A stretch of DNA of 64,000 nucleotides from Octopus sinensis (Eukaryota), in assembly GCF_006345805.1 (NCBI RefSeq), contig NC_043007.1, forward strand, positions 18,290,001 to 18,354,000, written 5' to 3'. Shown one piece after another: positions 13,213 to 24,900 of the stretch. A model generated the notes under the pieces. The model saw only the letters and a program-made list of their open reading frames with translations, did no database searches and was not told where the DNA came from. A program made the position numbers and the translations under genes. Every line of letters starts with the position of its first letter. Within the stretch, counting starts at the first letter, position 1.

Positions 13213-13441
13213 AGGAATGTATTCTTCAAGCCTTCCATCTGGGAAGGCACCAAACAATTTGGGGCCAAGACACTTTTCTGAAAGAATAGCAAATATTACA
13301 GAGTTTCTCACAACAAAGCCAGCACTTGTCTTCGCAATGTGTCCATACACTCGTAGTAGTACTTTACGTGGTTCATCTGGCCTCAATACTGGAATTTCAT
13401 TTGGAAGAGAACAAATATACAGATAATTGGTCAGTCCACCA
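13213..13441 (-). CDS. CHKA: Choline kinase exon 2 (GGLTNYLYICSLP...VLLRVYG...LGPKLFGAFPDGRLEEYIP)
   Basis: Acceptor tttttccag|T, donor CCT|GTAAGA, 229 bp; ATP-loop GGLxN, VLLRxYG and LGPKLxGxFxxGRLEEYIP family motifs. Confidence 0.97.
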
Positions 13442-14009
13442 CTGGAAAAAATATAGAGAAAAACAAGGAATTATTAAACATACATTTGTTATATAAACAC
13501 TTTGACAGAATATAAAATAAACACAGCAGGGAGACATTTAATCAATATTTGCCAGGCATATCTGCACTTACCGGTTGCATCACATTGCTTATCTTCCTAA
13601 ACAGCCCACATGTATTGTAGTTTGATGACAGACATGTATTGAAATCCCAACCCACAAAAAAAAGACAAAAAAACTGGCACATTCAGCAGGTGTCTTCTAC
13701 TATAGCTCCAGCATGACCACAGTCTAAAGACTGAAACAAGTAAAAGACACACACACATATGACAGGCTTCCACTCATTTTCTATCGGCCAAATTCACTCA
13801 CAAGACATTGGTTCACCTGGGGCTATAGTAGAAGACGCGTGCCCAAAGTGCTGTGCAGTAGGATTGAACCAGAAATCCTGTGGATGCAAAACGAGCTTCT
13901 TAACTACACAGACATGACTGCACCTATGTCGTTTGATCAAATGTGCAACCTGCGCATTGACTTGAGCAAGCATGTGACTGAGTATTCCACAGACACATAT
14001 ACTCTTAAC

Positions 14010-14666
14010 CCTTTCGTTACTGTATTTATTTTGAGATGCTCTGGGTTTCTTTCAATTACTTTAAATATAACAAAGAATTTGGATCTTTTCGGTTTGAACG
14101 GCAGTTTTTAACATAATTTCTAGGTAACTAAACACTTTTAAACTTCGTATACTGGTAGAATGTGTTTATAAAACATCTTTTCTCTTGGCTTTATTGAGAA
14201 AATTCTATAGTTTGTAAGACATTTGTTGTTTTTTTCTTCAATTTCTGCAATTTCAACCAATCACTGACGTCCATTGAGGTAAACAACATTCTGTGCCATA
14301 TGAATATGTCCCTCGTTTAAGAAACAGATTGGGTTTATTTACATTTCTGAAGAAAACAAAGATCCCTTTCTCCCCACCCCTGACCCTAGCCCTAACTAAC
14401 CCTAACCCTAAAATAGATTGAAATGCAATAGATCGATACTAGGGTCATAATTATGGGTGGCAATTTCATATGACACTGCTAGAAGAAACTGCCGTTCAAA
14501 CCGAAAAGATCCAAGATTTTAGTAAAATAACTTATTTATCATTAAGCTAGTGATAGGAACATAGATTGTGACTAAGGTTTGGTGGAAGATTTTAATTCAA
14601 AATGTATGAAAATAGACATTTGTACTCAGAACTAGAGCCGGTTTCAGCTGGGTTGGTAACAAAAGG
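14010..14666. mobile_element. TTAA MITE family 1 interrupted by a GG..CC MITE
   Basis: ttaaccctttcgttac...gtaacaaaagggttaa. Confidence 0.85.
14081..14512. mobile_element. MITE with GGATC..GATCC termini and 8-bp TSD (Merlin- or hAT-like)
   Basis: TIR ggatcttttcggtttgaacggcagttt; TSD aagaattt/aagatttt; removing it restores the host MITE. Confidence 0.85.
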
Positions 14667-15004
14667 GTTAACATAATCTTCAAGCAAAATGAGAGTAATG
14701 CATTCTGTGACAAGACTGGACTTGAATTAGATACAATTTATTTGGTAGGTTTCCTCACACAATTTAGTCTATCAAATTTCACTCACAACACTTGGGGGTC
14801 AACCCAAGGTTACAAAGACACACACAGACAGAAACTGTGGCCATGTAAAACTTTACATTAAATAGGTCATTGACCTCATAACTCGCTAATTACAAACAGA
14901 AGATCCCCAAATATATTAACATCTGTCTTTACTTATCTCCTTTTCCTATTTCATGGTTGAGTGATTGGCAACAGGAAAAATAATTAGATTCTTTTTATTC
15001 TTTC

Positions 15005-15404
15005 TTTTATTCTTTTACATGTTTCAGTCATTTGACTGAGGCCATGCTGGAGCACCGCCTTTAGTCGAGCAAATCAACCTCAGGACTTATTCTTTGTAAG
15101 CCCAGTACTTATTCTATCGGCCTCTTTTGCCAAACCGCTAAGTTACGGGGACATAAACACACCAGCATTGGTTGTCAAGCAATGTTGGGGGAACAAACAC
15201 AGAGACATACACACACATACATATATATATATATATACATATGACGGGCTTCTTTCAGTTTCCGTCTACCAAATCCACTCACAAGGCCTTGGTCAGCCCG
15301 AGGCTATAGTAGAAGACACTTGCCCAAGGTGCCACGCAGTGGGACTGAACCCGGAACCATGTGGTTGGTAAGCAAGCTACTTACCACACAGCCACTCCTG
15401 CGCC
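15005..15404 (-). mobile_element. SINE family A
   Basis: Reverse complement of 867-1270. Confidence 0.85.
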
Positions 15405-15750
15405 TATATGGAAAAAAAAAGAAGAAAAAAAGGTGTCAAACAAGAAAAAGAAATGAAGTAGTTTTAGGGTTGGAAAAAATTTGATTTGAAAAAATCCCTA
15501 ATTTAGTTACAAAACCTAATCTTTCTAAGTATTTCTTCTAATGAAAACACTTTGTTTATCTTAACTTTGAAAGACAAAAGAAGTATAAAATAACTGCATT
15601 ATTTATGGGAAGACCCAATATTTTCTGGTGTATATGTCACATTATTCAATACTTGATTATAAATAAAAAATAAAGTGGGGGCATAACTTATAGATGGGGC
15701 AAAGCTAAAACTATGAAGGGTATAAAGTCTGTATCAAAATTTAACATTAA

Positions 15751-16212
15751 ACTAGCAGTATAGCCCGGCGTTGCTCGGGTTCGTTTTTTTTTAGTTGAGC
15801 TTAAAATGGCAGACTTTGATGTCGCATTAACAAAGTTTTGACATAGTTTCAATATATTTTGAAAAGCAAAAATTTTGCATTATGTAGCTTGTTATTCTCG
15901 TTAAGTGAACATTTTTCTGGTTGAAATACACCGAAAAATGGTGACACAGAAGTCAAAAAAATTGTAAAAGAAAGGGATTTTCATAGAAAAAAAGCACCTT
16001 TTTGATGTAAATAATTTTTGGTGTTAACATGGTCCGATTTGAATTTTATCTTCTACGGAAGGAAGAGCAAGCCTTCTTCTATCATACTCTCAATTTTGGT
16101 CAACTTGCACTGCAGGGTCTCGGAGGAGATAGTGTTAGTTGAAGGCTACAAACCTGCCACACATACACACACACACACACAGACAGACAACTTCAGCTTT
16201 ATATGTATAGAT
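15751..16212 (+). mobile_element. Non-autonomous Helitron-like (Lep1/HINE-type) element; 5' fragment also at 52815-52962 (-)
   Basis: actagcagtatagcccggcgttgctcggg start, (CA)n/(GACA)n near the end, cagcttttatatgtatagat terminus. Confidence 0.6.
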
Positions 16213-16649
16213 TAGGGATGCAACTTATACACAAGTAAATACAGTAAATGAAAAATGAGAAAATTGAACACAAATAGTTATTTTACAATCAAATTATTAC
16301 AATGAAGAAGTCTTTTAAAGTCTATCAATACTCAAATGCACAAATTACATATGTGGCAGTTGGTGCAGATATAGTTTCATCATCATCATCATCACCCTCT
16401 GTTGTACACTTTGTAGTGTTGATGACACTACATCCCTCGACCGCGAGTCTGCTGCTCTAACCACTAGGTCCATAATTTATCGAGCATGAATGGGTGGAAA
16501 ATTTGATTTTCCAGTGTAAGATTTTATTTACTTAATTATTTGTTTTTAAAATGGTTAATTTTGTCAAACATGATTGAAACGAATTTCTGATCTATCACTA
16601 ATGCATTTCATTAGGAAATATTTAAAATTTCTTGTAGTTCCAATACAGT

Positions 16650-17005
16650 TACTTGGGCAAGTGTCTTCTACTATAGCCATCGGTCAACCAATGCCTTGTG
16701 AGTGAATTTGCTAGAGAGAAAGAGTGTGGGAGCTTGATGCACACACACACACACACACACACAAACAAACAACTAGAGAGATATATAGATGTCTCTGTGT
16801 CTGTGTTCATCACATGCCTGTCCCCACCCACCCAATGTTTGACAACAGGTGTTGGTTTGTTTACAGCCTCCTTAGTAAAAGAGACTGACAGAATGAGTAC
16901 AAGACTTAAGAAAAGAAAAGAAAAAAGGGTACTTGGGGCAATTTCAAGCCACTCAAAGCAGTGCTCCAGAATGGCTGCAGTCCAATGACTGAAACAAGTA
17001 AAAGA
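16650..17005 (+). mobile_element. SINE family A, 5'-truncated
   Basis: Core and tail present. Confidence 0.75.
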
Positions 17006-17595
17006 CAAAAAAAAAAACAGAGCCTTTTCTTACAGAAATAACTGGAAACAATCAGAACTATAACTGTCAGAGTGAATTACTTAGCTCTTTGAAACATTCT
17101 CTTTAGTCACCACTACATTTGTTTCAGTTATTGGACTGTGGCCATGCTGGGGCACCACCTTAAGAAATTTTTAAATTACAAATTCTCAGTTATTCACGTT
17201 GTATTGATAAGGTTTTGGTTGCAACAGACATGCAACCTGATATGAAATTTTGAAACGGCTTCACAGGTTCCCTGCCCATTTATGGCTGAGTAAGACTGCA
17301 GCTTAAGAACAGGTCCGTTCCATGATAAATGAATTTATGAAATTTCAAAAAGTATGCGTAGAATATATCAGCAATGTTGTGGAAGAACAGATACTCCTTA
17401 TGCTTTTATATATCCTACATAAAATTTTAATTGTACAGAATCCATTAATTCACACTGTTAGGAATTAGCCATTAAAAAAAAAATACCTGTTCTTTACATA
17501 TGTTTCCAGGTTGAGGAGGTCAGCTAAGTTTTGACAGATGAAATTTTCAGATGAGCCTATAATCTATGAGAATTTTTTAACCACCTGGTCTTTAA

Positions 17596-18156
17596 CCCTT
17601 TCGTTACCAACCCGGCTGAAACCGGCTCTGGCTCTGAGTACAAATGTCTTGTTTTCATAAGTTTTGAGTTAAAATCTTCCTCCAAACTTTAGTCACAATT
17701 TATGTTCCTAACACTAGCTGAATGATAGCTAAATTATTTTACTAAATTATTTTGTTATATTTAAAGTAATTGCAATAAACACAGAGCATCTCAAAATATA
17801 TAAAAAAAGACTCCGCCGGTTACGACGACGAGGGTCCCAGCTGATACGATCAACGGAACAGCTTGCTTGTGAAATTAACGTGCAAATGGCTGAGCATTCC
17901 ACAGACACGTGTACCCTTAACGTAGTTCTCGGGGATAATCAGCGTGACACAGAGAGTGACAAGGCTGACCCTTTGAAATACAAGTACAACTCATTTTTGC
18001 CAGCTGAGTGGACTGGAGCAACGTGAAATAAAGTGTCTTGCTCAAGGACACAACGCGTCGCCGGGAATCGAACTCACAACCTTACGATCATGAGCCGAAT
18101 GCCCTAACCACTAAGCCACGCGCCCTCATCTCAAAATAAATACTGTAACGAAAGGG
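17596..18156. mobile_element. piggyBac-type (TTAA) MITE family 1, SINE-interrupted
   Basis: TTAA|CCCTTTCGTTAC...GTAACGAAAGGG|TTAA. Confidence 0.88.
17810..18126 (-). mobile_element. tRNA-derived SINE family D inserted in a TTAA MITE
   Basis: Head ggcttagtggttag..gttcgattccc; TSD catctcaaaata. Other copies at 2995-3235 (+), 32095-32297 (-), 53880-54121 (-). Confidence 0.85.
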
Positions 18157-18730
18157 TTAATGTTCGCCACTGTCATTTTACTGTTAACTTGTACGAATTT
18201 ATTTTGCAGTTTAGATTAAAATTTGCTGACTCACTCTTCAACTTTTTCTCTTTTTCTTTAGGTAAGTTGGTTAAACTGCTCCACATTTCCAACACAGAGC
18301 TATTAGCCCTAGAAAAACAGATATATCTCGTTTGCTTCGTTATTGATTTTAATGCTGTATTCTATCAACTGACAAATGAGTACAGTTAGAATGTATGCCA
18401 CATGCATATTAATTATTACCAGTCATATTGTCTAGCAAAAATAGATAACATACAGAATTCAGAACCTAAAGGAAGCATTGTTGTTAAGTTTCAAATGTGT
18501 CTGGTTACTTCACAATCTCACAAAAACGTTTTTCTATACCTTCCATAGTTGTTTGATCTTTCTAATAATGGAAGATTCAATCTTTGAACCCTAAATCACA
18601 AAATTATATAAATTCAAGTTTCCATATAGTTACCGTCTTCAGATTTAGTTTTTAGTAACTGACTTTAATTTCAGTTATAGTTTAGTGTTCAGTGTTTGGC
18701 GAAGGACACAACACAAAACCACTGATGCGA

Positions 18731-18901
18731 TCATCATCATCATCAACATCATTTAACATCCGTTTTCGATGCTGGCATGGGTTGGATGGCTTGATAGGAG
18801 CTGGTAAAGCCAAGGGATGCACCAGGTTCTGTAGTATGTTTCGATTTGGTTTCTACAGCTGGATGCCTTCCTAACACCAACCACTTTACAGAGTGTACTG
18901 G
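18731..18901 (-). mobile_element. 3' terminus of an RTE-type LINE contiguous with the array
   Basis: (CAT)n tail, tttaacatccgttttcgatgctggcatggg and ctggatgccttcctaacaccaaccac, shared with other LINE 3' ends in the window. Confidence 0.85.
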
Positions 18902-21900
18902 GTGATTTTTATGTGGCACCATCACCAGTGCTTTTTACGTGGCACCGGCACCAGTGCTATTTACGTGGCACCAGCACCAGTGCTTTTTACATGGCACCAG
19001 TGCCTTTTACGTGGCACCAGCACCAGTGCTTTTTACATGGCACTAGTGCCTTTTACGTGGCACCAGCACCAGTGCTTTTTACATGGCACCAGCACCAGTG
19101 CTTTTTACATGGCACTAGTGCTTTTTATGTGGCACCAGCACCAGTGCTTTTTACATGGCACCAGCACCAGTGCTTTTTACATGGCACTAGTGCTTTTTAT
19201 GTGGCACCAGCACCAGTGCTTTTTACATGGCACCAGCACCAGTGCTTTTTACATGGCACCAGTGCTTTTTACATGGCACCAGCACCAGTGCTTTTTACAT
19301 GGCACTAGTGCTTTTTACATGGCACCAGCACCAGTGCTTTTTACGTGGCACTAGTGCTTTTTATGTGGCACCAGCACCAGTGCTTTTTACATGGCACCAG
19401 CACCAGTGCTTTTTACATGGCACCAGTGCTTTTTACATGGCACCAGCACCAGTGCTTTTTACATGGCACTAGTGCTTTTTATGTGGCACCAGCACCAGTG
19501 CTTTTTACGTGGCACCAGCACCAGTGCTTTTTACATGGCACCAGTGCTTTTTACATGGCACCAGCACCAGTGCTTTTTACATGGCACTAGTGCTTTTTAT
19601 GTGGCACCAGCACCAGTGCTTTTTACATGGCACCAGTACCAGTGCTTTTTACATGGCACTAGTGCTTTTTACGTGGCACCAGTGCTTTTTACATGGCACC
19701 AGTGCCTTTTACGTGGCACCAGCACCAGTGCTTTTTACATGGCACCAGTGCTTTTTACATGGCACCAGTGCCTTTTACGTGGCACCAGCACCAGTGCTTT
19801 TTACATGGCACCAGTGCTTTTTACATGGCACCAGTGCCTTTTACATGGCACCAGTACCAGTGCTTTTTACATGGCACCAGTGCTTTTTACATGGCACCAG
19901 TGCCTTTTACGTGGCACCAGCACCAGTGCTTTTTACATGGCACCAGTGCCTTTTACGTGGCACCAGCACCAGTGCTTTTTACATGGCACCAGTGCCTTTT
20001 GCGTGGCACCAGCACCAGTGCTTTTTACATGGCACCAGTGCTTTTTACATGGCACCAGTGCCTTTTACATGGCACCAGTACCAGTGCTTTTTACATGGCA
20101 CCAGTGCTTTTTACATGGCACCAGCACCAGTGCTTTTTACATGGCACTAGTGCGTTTTACGTGGCACCAGCACCAGTGCTTTTTACATGGCACTAGTGCT
20201 TTTTACATGGCACTAGTGCTTTTTACGTGGCACCAGCACCAGTGCTTTTTACATGGCACCAGCACCAGTGCTTTTTACGTGGCACTAGTGCTTTTTACAT
20301 GGCACCAGCACCAGTGCTTTTTACATGGCACCAGCACCAGTGCTTTTTACATGGCACCAGTACCAGTGCTTTTTACATGGCACTAGTGCTTTTTACGTGG
20401 CACCAGCACCAGTGCTTTTTACATGGCACCAGCACCAGTGCTTTTTACATGGCACTAGTGCTTTTTACATGGCACCAGCACCAGTGCTTTTTACATGGCA
20501 CTAGTGCTTTTTACATGGCACCAGCACCAGTGCTTTTTACATGGCACTAGTGCTTTTTACATGGCACCAGCACCAGTGCTTTTTACATGGCACCAGTACC
20601 AGTGCTTTTTACATGGCACTAGTGCTTTTTACGTGGCACCAGCACCAGTGCTTTTTACATGGCACTAGTGCTTTTTACATGGCACCAGCACCAGTGCTTT
20701 TTACATGGCACCAGTGCTTTTTACGTGGCACCAGCACCAGTGCTTTTTACATGGCACCAGCACCAGTGCTTTTTACATGGCACCAGTGCTTTTTACGTGG
20801 CACCAGCACAAGTGCTTTTTACATGGCACCAGCACCAGTGCTTTTTACATGGCACTAGTGCTTTTTACATGGCACCAGCACCAGTGCTTTTTACATGGCA
20901 CTAGTGCTTTTTACGTGGCACCAGCACCAGTGCTTTTTACATGGCACTAGTGCTTTTTACATGGCACCAGCACCAGTGCTTTTTACATGGCACCAGTGCT
21001 TTTTACATGGCACCAGTACCAGTGCTTTTTACATGGCACCAGTGCTTTTTACATGGCACCAGCACCAGTGCTTTTTACATGGCACTAGTGCTTTTTACAT
21101 GGCACCAGCACCAGTGCTTTTTACATGGCACCAGTGCTTTTTACGTGGCACCAGCACCAGTGCTTTTTACATGGCACCAGCACCAGTGCTTTTTACATGG
21201 CACCAGCACCAGTGCTTTTTACATGGCACCAGTGCTTTTTACGTGGCACCAGCACCAGTGCTTTTTACATGGCACCAGCACCAGTGCTTTTTACATGGCA
21301 CCAGCACCAGTGCTTTTTACATGGCACCAGCACCAGTGCTTTTTACATGGCACCAGTGCTTTTTACGTGGCACCAGCACCAGTGCTTTTTACGTGGCACC
21401 AGCACCAGTGCTTTTTACGTGGCACCAGCACCAGTGCTTTTTACATGGCACCAGCACCAGTGCTTTTTACGTGGCACCAGCACCAGTGCTTTTTACATGG
21501 CACCAGCACCAGTGCTTTTTACATGGCACCAGTGCTTTTTACGTGGCACCAGCACCAGTGCTTTTTACATGGCACCAGCACCAGTGCTTTTTACGTGGCA
21601 CCAGCACCAGTGCTTTTTACATGGCACTAGTGCTTTTTACGTGGCACCAGCACCAGTGCTTTTTACATGGCACTAGTGCTTTTTACGTGGCACCAGCACC
21701 AGTGCTTTTTACATGGCACTAGTGCTTTTTACATGGCACCAGCACCAGTGCTTTTTACATGGCACAAGTGCTTTTTACATGGCACCAGTGCTTTTTACAT
21801 GGCACCAGTGCTTTTTACATGGCACAAGTGCTTTTTACATGGCACCAGTGCTTTTTACATGGCACCAGTGCTTTTTACATGGCACCAGTGCTTTTTACAT

Positions 21901-24900
21901 GGCACCAGCACCAGTGCTTTTTACATGGCACAAGTGCTTTTTACATGGCACCAGTGCTTTTTACATGGCACCAGTGCTTTTTACATGGCACCAGTGCTTT
22001 TTACATGGCACAAGTGCTTTTTACATGGCACCAGTGCTTTTTACATGGCACCAGTGCTTTTTACGTGGCACCAGCACCAGTGCTTTTTACATGGCACCAG
22101 CACCAGTGCTTTTTACATGGCACAAGTGCTTTTTATGTGGCACCAGTACCAGTGCTTTTTACATAGCACCAGTGCTTTTTATGTGGCACCAGTACCAGTG
22201 CTTTTTACATGGCACTAGTGCTTTTTACATGGCACCAGTGCTTTTTACATGGCACCAGTGCTTTTTATGTGGCACCAGCACCAGTGCTTTTTACATGGCA
22301 CCAGTGCTTTTTACATAGCACCAGTGCTTTTTATGTGGCACCAGCACCAGTGCTTTTTACATGGCACCAGTGCTTTTTACATGGCACCAGTGCTTTTTAC
22401 ATGGCACCAGTGCTTTTACATGGCACAAGTGCTTTTTACATGGCACCAGTGCTTTTTATGTGACACCAGTGCTTTTTACGTGGCACCAGTGTTTTTACAT
22501 GGCACCAGCACCAGTGCTTTTTACATGGCACAGCACCAGTGCTTTTTACATGGCACCAGCACAGTGCTTTTTACATGGCACCAGTGCTTTTTACATGGCA
22601 CAAGTGCTTTTTATGTGGCACCAGTACCAGTGCTTTTTACATAGCACCAGTGCTTTTTACGTGGCACCAGTACCAGTGCTTTTTACATGGCACTAGTGCT
22701 TTTACGTGGCACCAGCACCAGTGCTTTTTACATGGCACCAGTGCCAGTGCTTTTTACGTGGCACCAGTGCTTTTTACGTGGCACCAGTGCTTTTTACGTG
22801 GCACCAGTGCTTTTTACATGGCACTAGTGCTTTTTACATGGCACAAGTGCTTTTTATGTGGCACCAGTACCAGTGCTTTTTACGTGGCACCAGTGCTTTT
22901 TACGTGGCACCAGTGCTTTTTACGTGGCACCAGTACCAGTGCTTTTTACATGGCACCAGTACCAGTGCTTTTTACATGGCACAAGTGCTTTTTATGTGGC
23001 ACCAGCACCAGTGCTTTTTACATGGCACTAGTACCAGTGCTTTTTACGTGGCACCAGTGCTTTTTATGTGACACCAGTGCTTTTTACGTGGCACCAGTGC
23101 TTTTTACATGACACCAGTGCTTTTTACGTGGCACCAGTGCTTTTTACGTGGCACCAGTACCAGTGCTTTTTACATGGCACCAGTGCTTTTTACATGGCAC
23201 CAGTGCCTTTTACATGGCACCAGTACCAGTGCTTTTTTCATGGCACCAGTGCTTTTTACATGGCACCAGCACCAGTGCTTTTTACATGGCACTAGTGCTT
23301 TTTACGTGGCACCAGCACCAGTGCTTTTTACATGGCACCAGCACCAGTGCTTTTTACGTGGCACTAGTGCTTTTTACATGGCACCAGCACCAGTGCTTTT
23401 TACATGGCACTAGTGCTTTTTACGTGGCACCAGCACCAGTGCTTTTTACATGGCACCAGCACCAGTGCTTTTTACGTGGCACTAGTGCTTTTTACATGGC
23501 ACCAGCACCAGTGCTTTTTACATGGCACCAGCACCAGTGCTTTTTACATGGCACTAGTGCTTTTTACGTGGCACCAGCACCAGTGCTTTTTACATGGCAC
23601 CAGCACCAGTGCTTTTTACGTGGCACTAGTGCTTTTTACATGGCACCAGCACCAGTGCTTTTTACATGGCACCAGTACCAGTGCTTTTTACATGGCACTA
23701 GTGCTTTTTACGTGGCACCAGCACCAGTGCTTTTTACATGGCACCAGCACCAGTGCTTTTTACATGGCACTAGTGCTTTTTACATGGCACCAGCACCAGT
23801 GCTTTTTACATGGCACTAGTGCTTTTTATGTGGCACCAGCACCAGTGCTTTTTACATGGAACTAGTGCTTTTTACGTGGCACCAGCACCAGTGCTTTTTA
23901 CATGGCACCAGTGCTTTTTTTTATGGCACCAGCACCAGTGCTTTTTACATGGCACCAGCACCAGTGCTTTTTACATGGCACTAGTGCTTTTTACGTGGCA
24001 CCAGCACCAGTGCTTTTTACATGGCACCAGCACCAGTGCTTTTTACATGGCACTAGTGCTTTTTACGTGGCACCAGCACCAGTGCTTTTTACATGGCACT
24101 AGTGCTTTTTACGTGGCACCAGCACCAGTGCTTTTTACATGGCACCAGCACCAGTGCTTTTTACATGGCACCAGTGCTTTTTACATGGCACCAGCACCAG
24201 TGCTTTTTACATGGCACTAGTGCTTTTTACATGACACCAGCACCAGTGCTTTTTACATGGCACCAGTGCTTTTTACATGGCACCAGCACCAGTGCTTTTT
24301 ACATGGCACTAGTGCTTTTTACATGGCACCAGCACCAGTGCTTTTTACATGGCACCAGTGCTTTTTACATGGCACCAGCACCAGTGCTTTTTACATGGCA
24401 CTAGTGCTTTTTACATGGCACCAGCACCAGTGCTTTTTACATGGCACCAGTGCTTTTTACATGGCACCAGCACCAGTGCTTTTTACATGGCACCAGTGCT
24501 TTTTACATGGCACCAGCACCAGTGCTTTTTACATGGCACTAGTGCTTTTTACATGGCACCAGCACCAGTGCTTTTTACATGGCACCAGTGCTTTTTACAT
24601 GGCACCAGCACCAGTGCTTTTTACATGGCACCAGTACCAGTGCTTTTTACATGGCACCAGTGCTTTTTATGTGGCACCAGCACCAGTGCTTTTTACATGG
24701 CACTAGTGCTTTTTACATGACACCAGCACCAGTGCTTTTTACATGGCACCAGTGCTTTTTACATGGCACCAGCACCAGTGCTTTTTACATGGCACCAGCA
24801 CCAGTGCTTTTTACATGGCACTAGTGCTTTTTACATGGCACTAGTGCTTTTTACATGGCACTAGTGCTTTTTACATGGCACCAGCACCAGTGCTTTTTAC

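Noticed and set aside
13108-13386. 92-aa ORF as a complete gene
   Set aside because: It is part of exon 2 reading into the intron; the true boundaries are 13441 and 13213.
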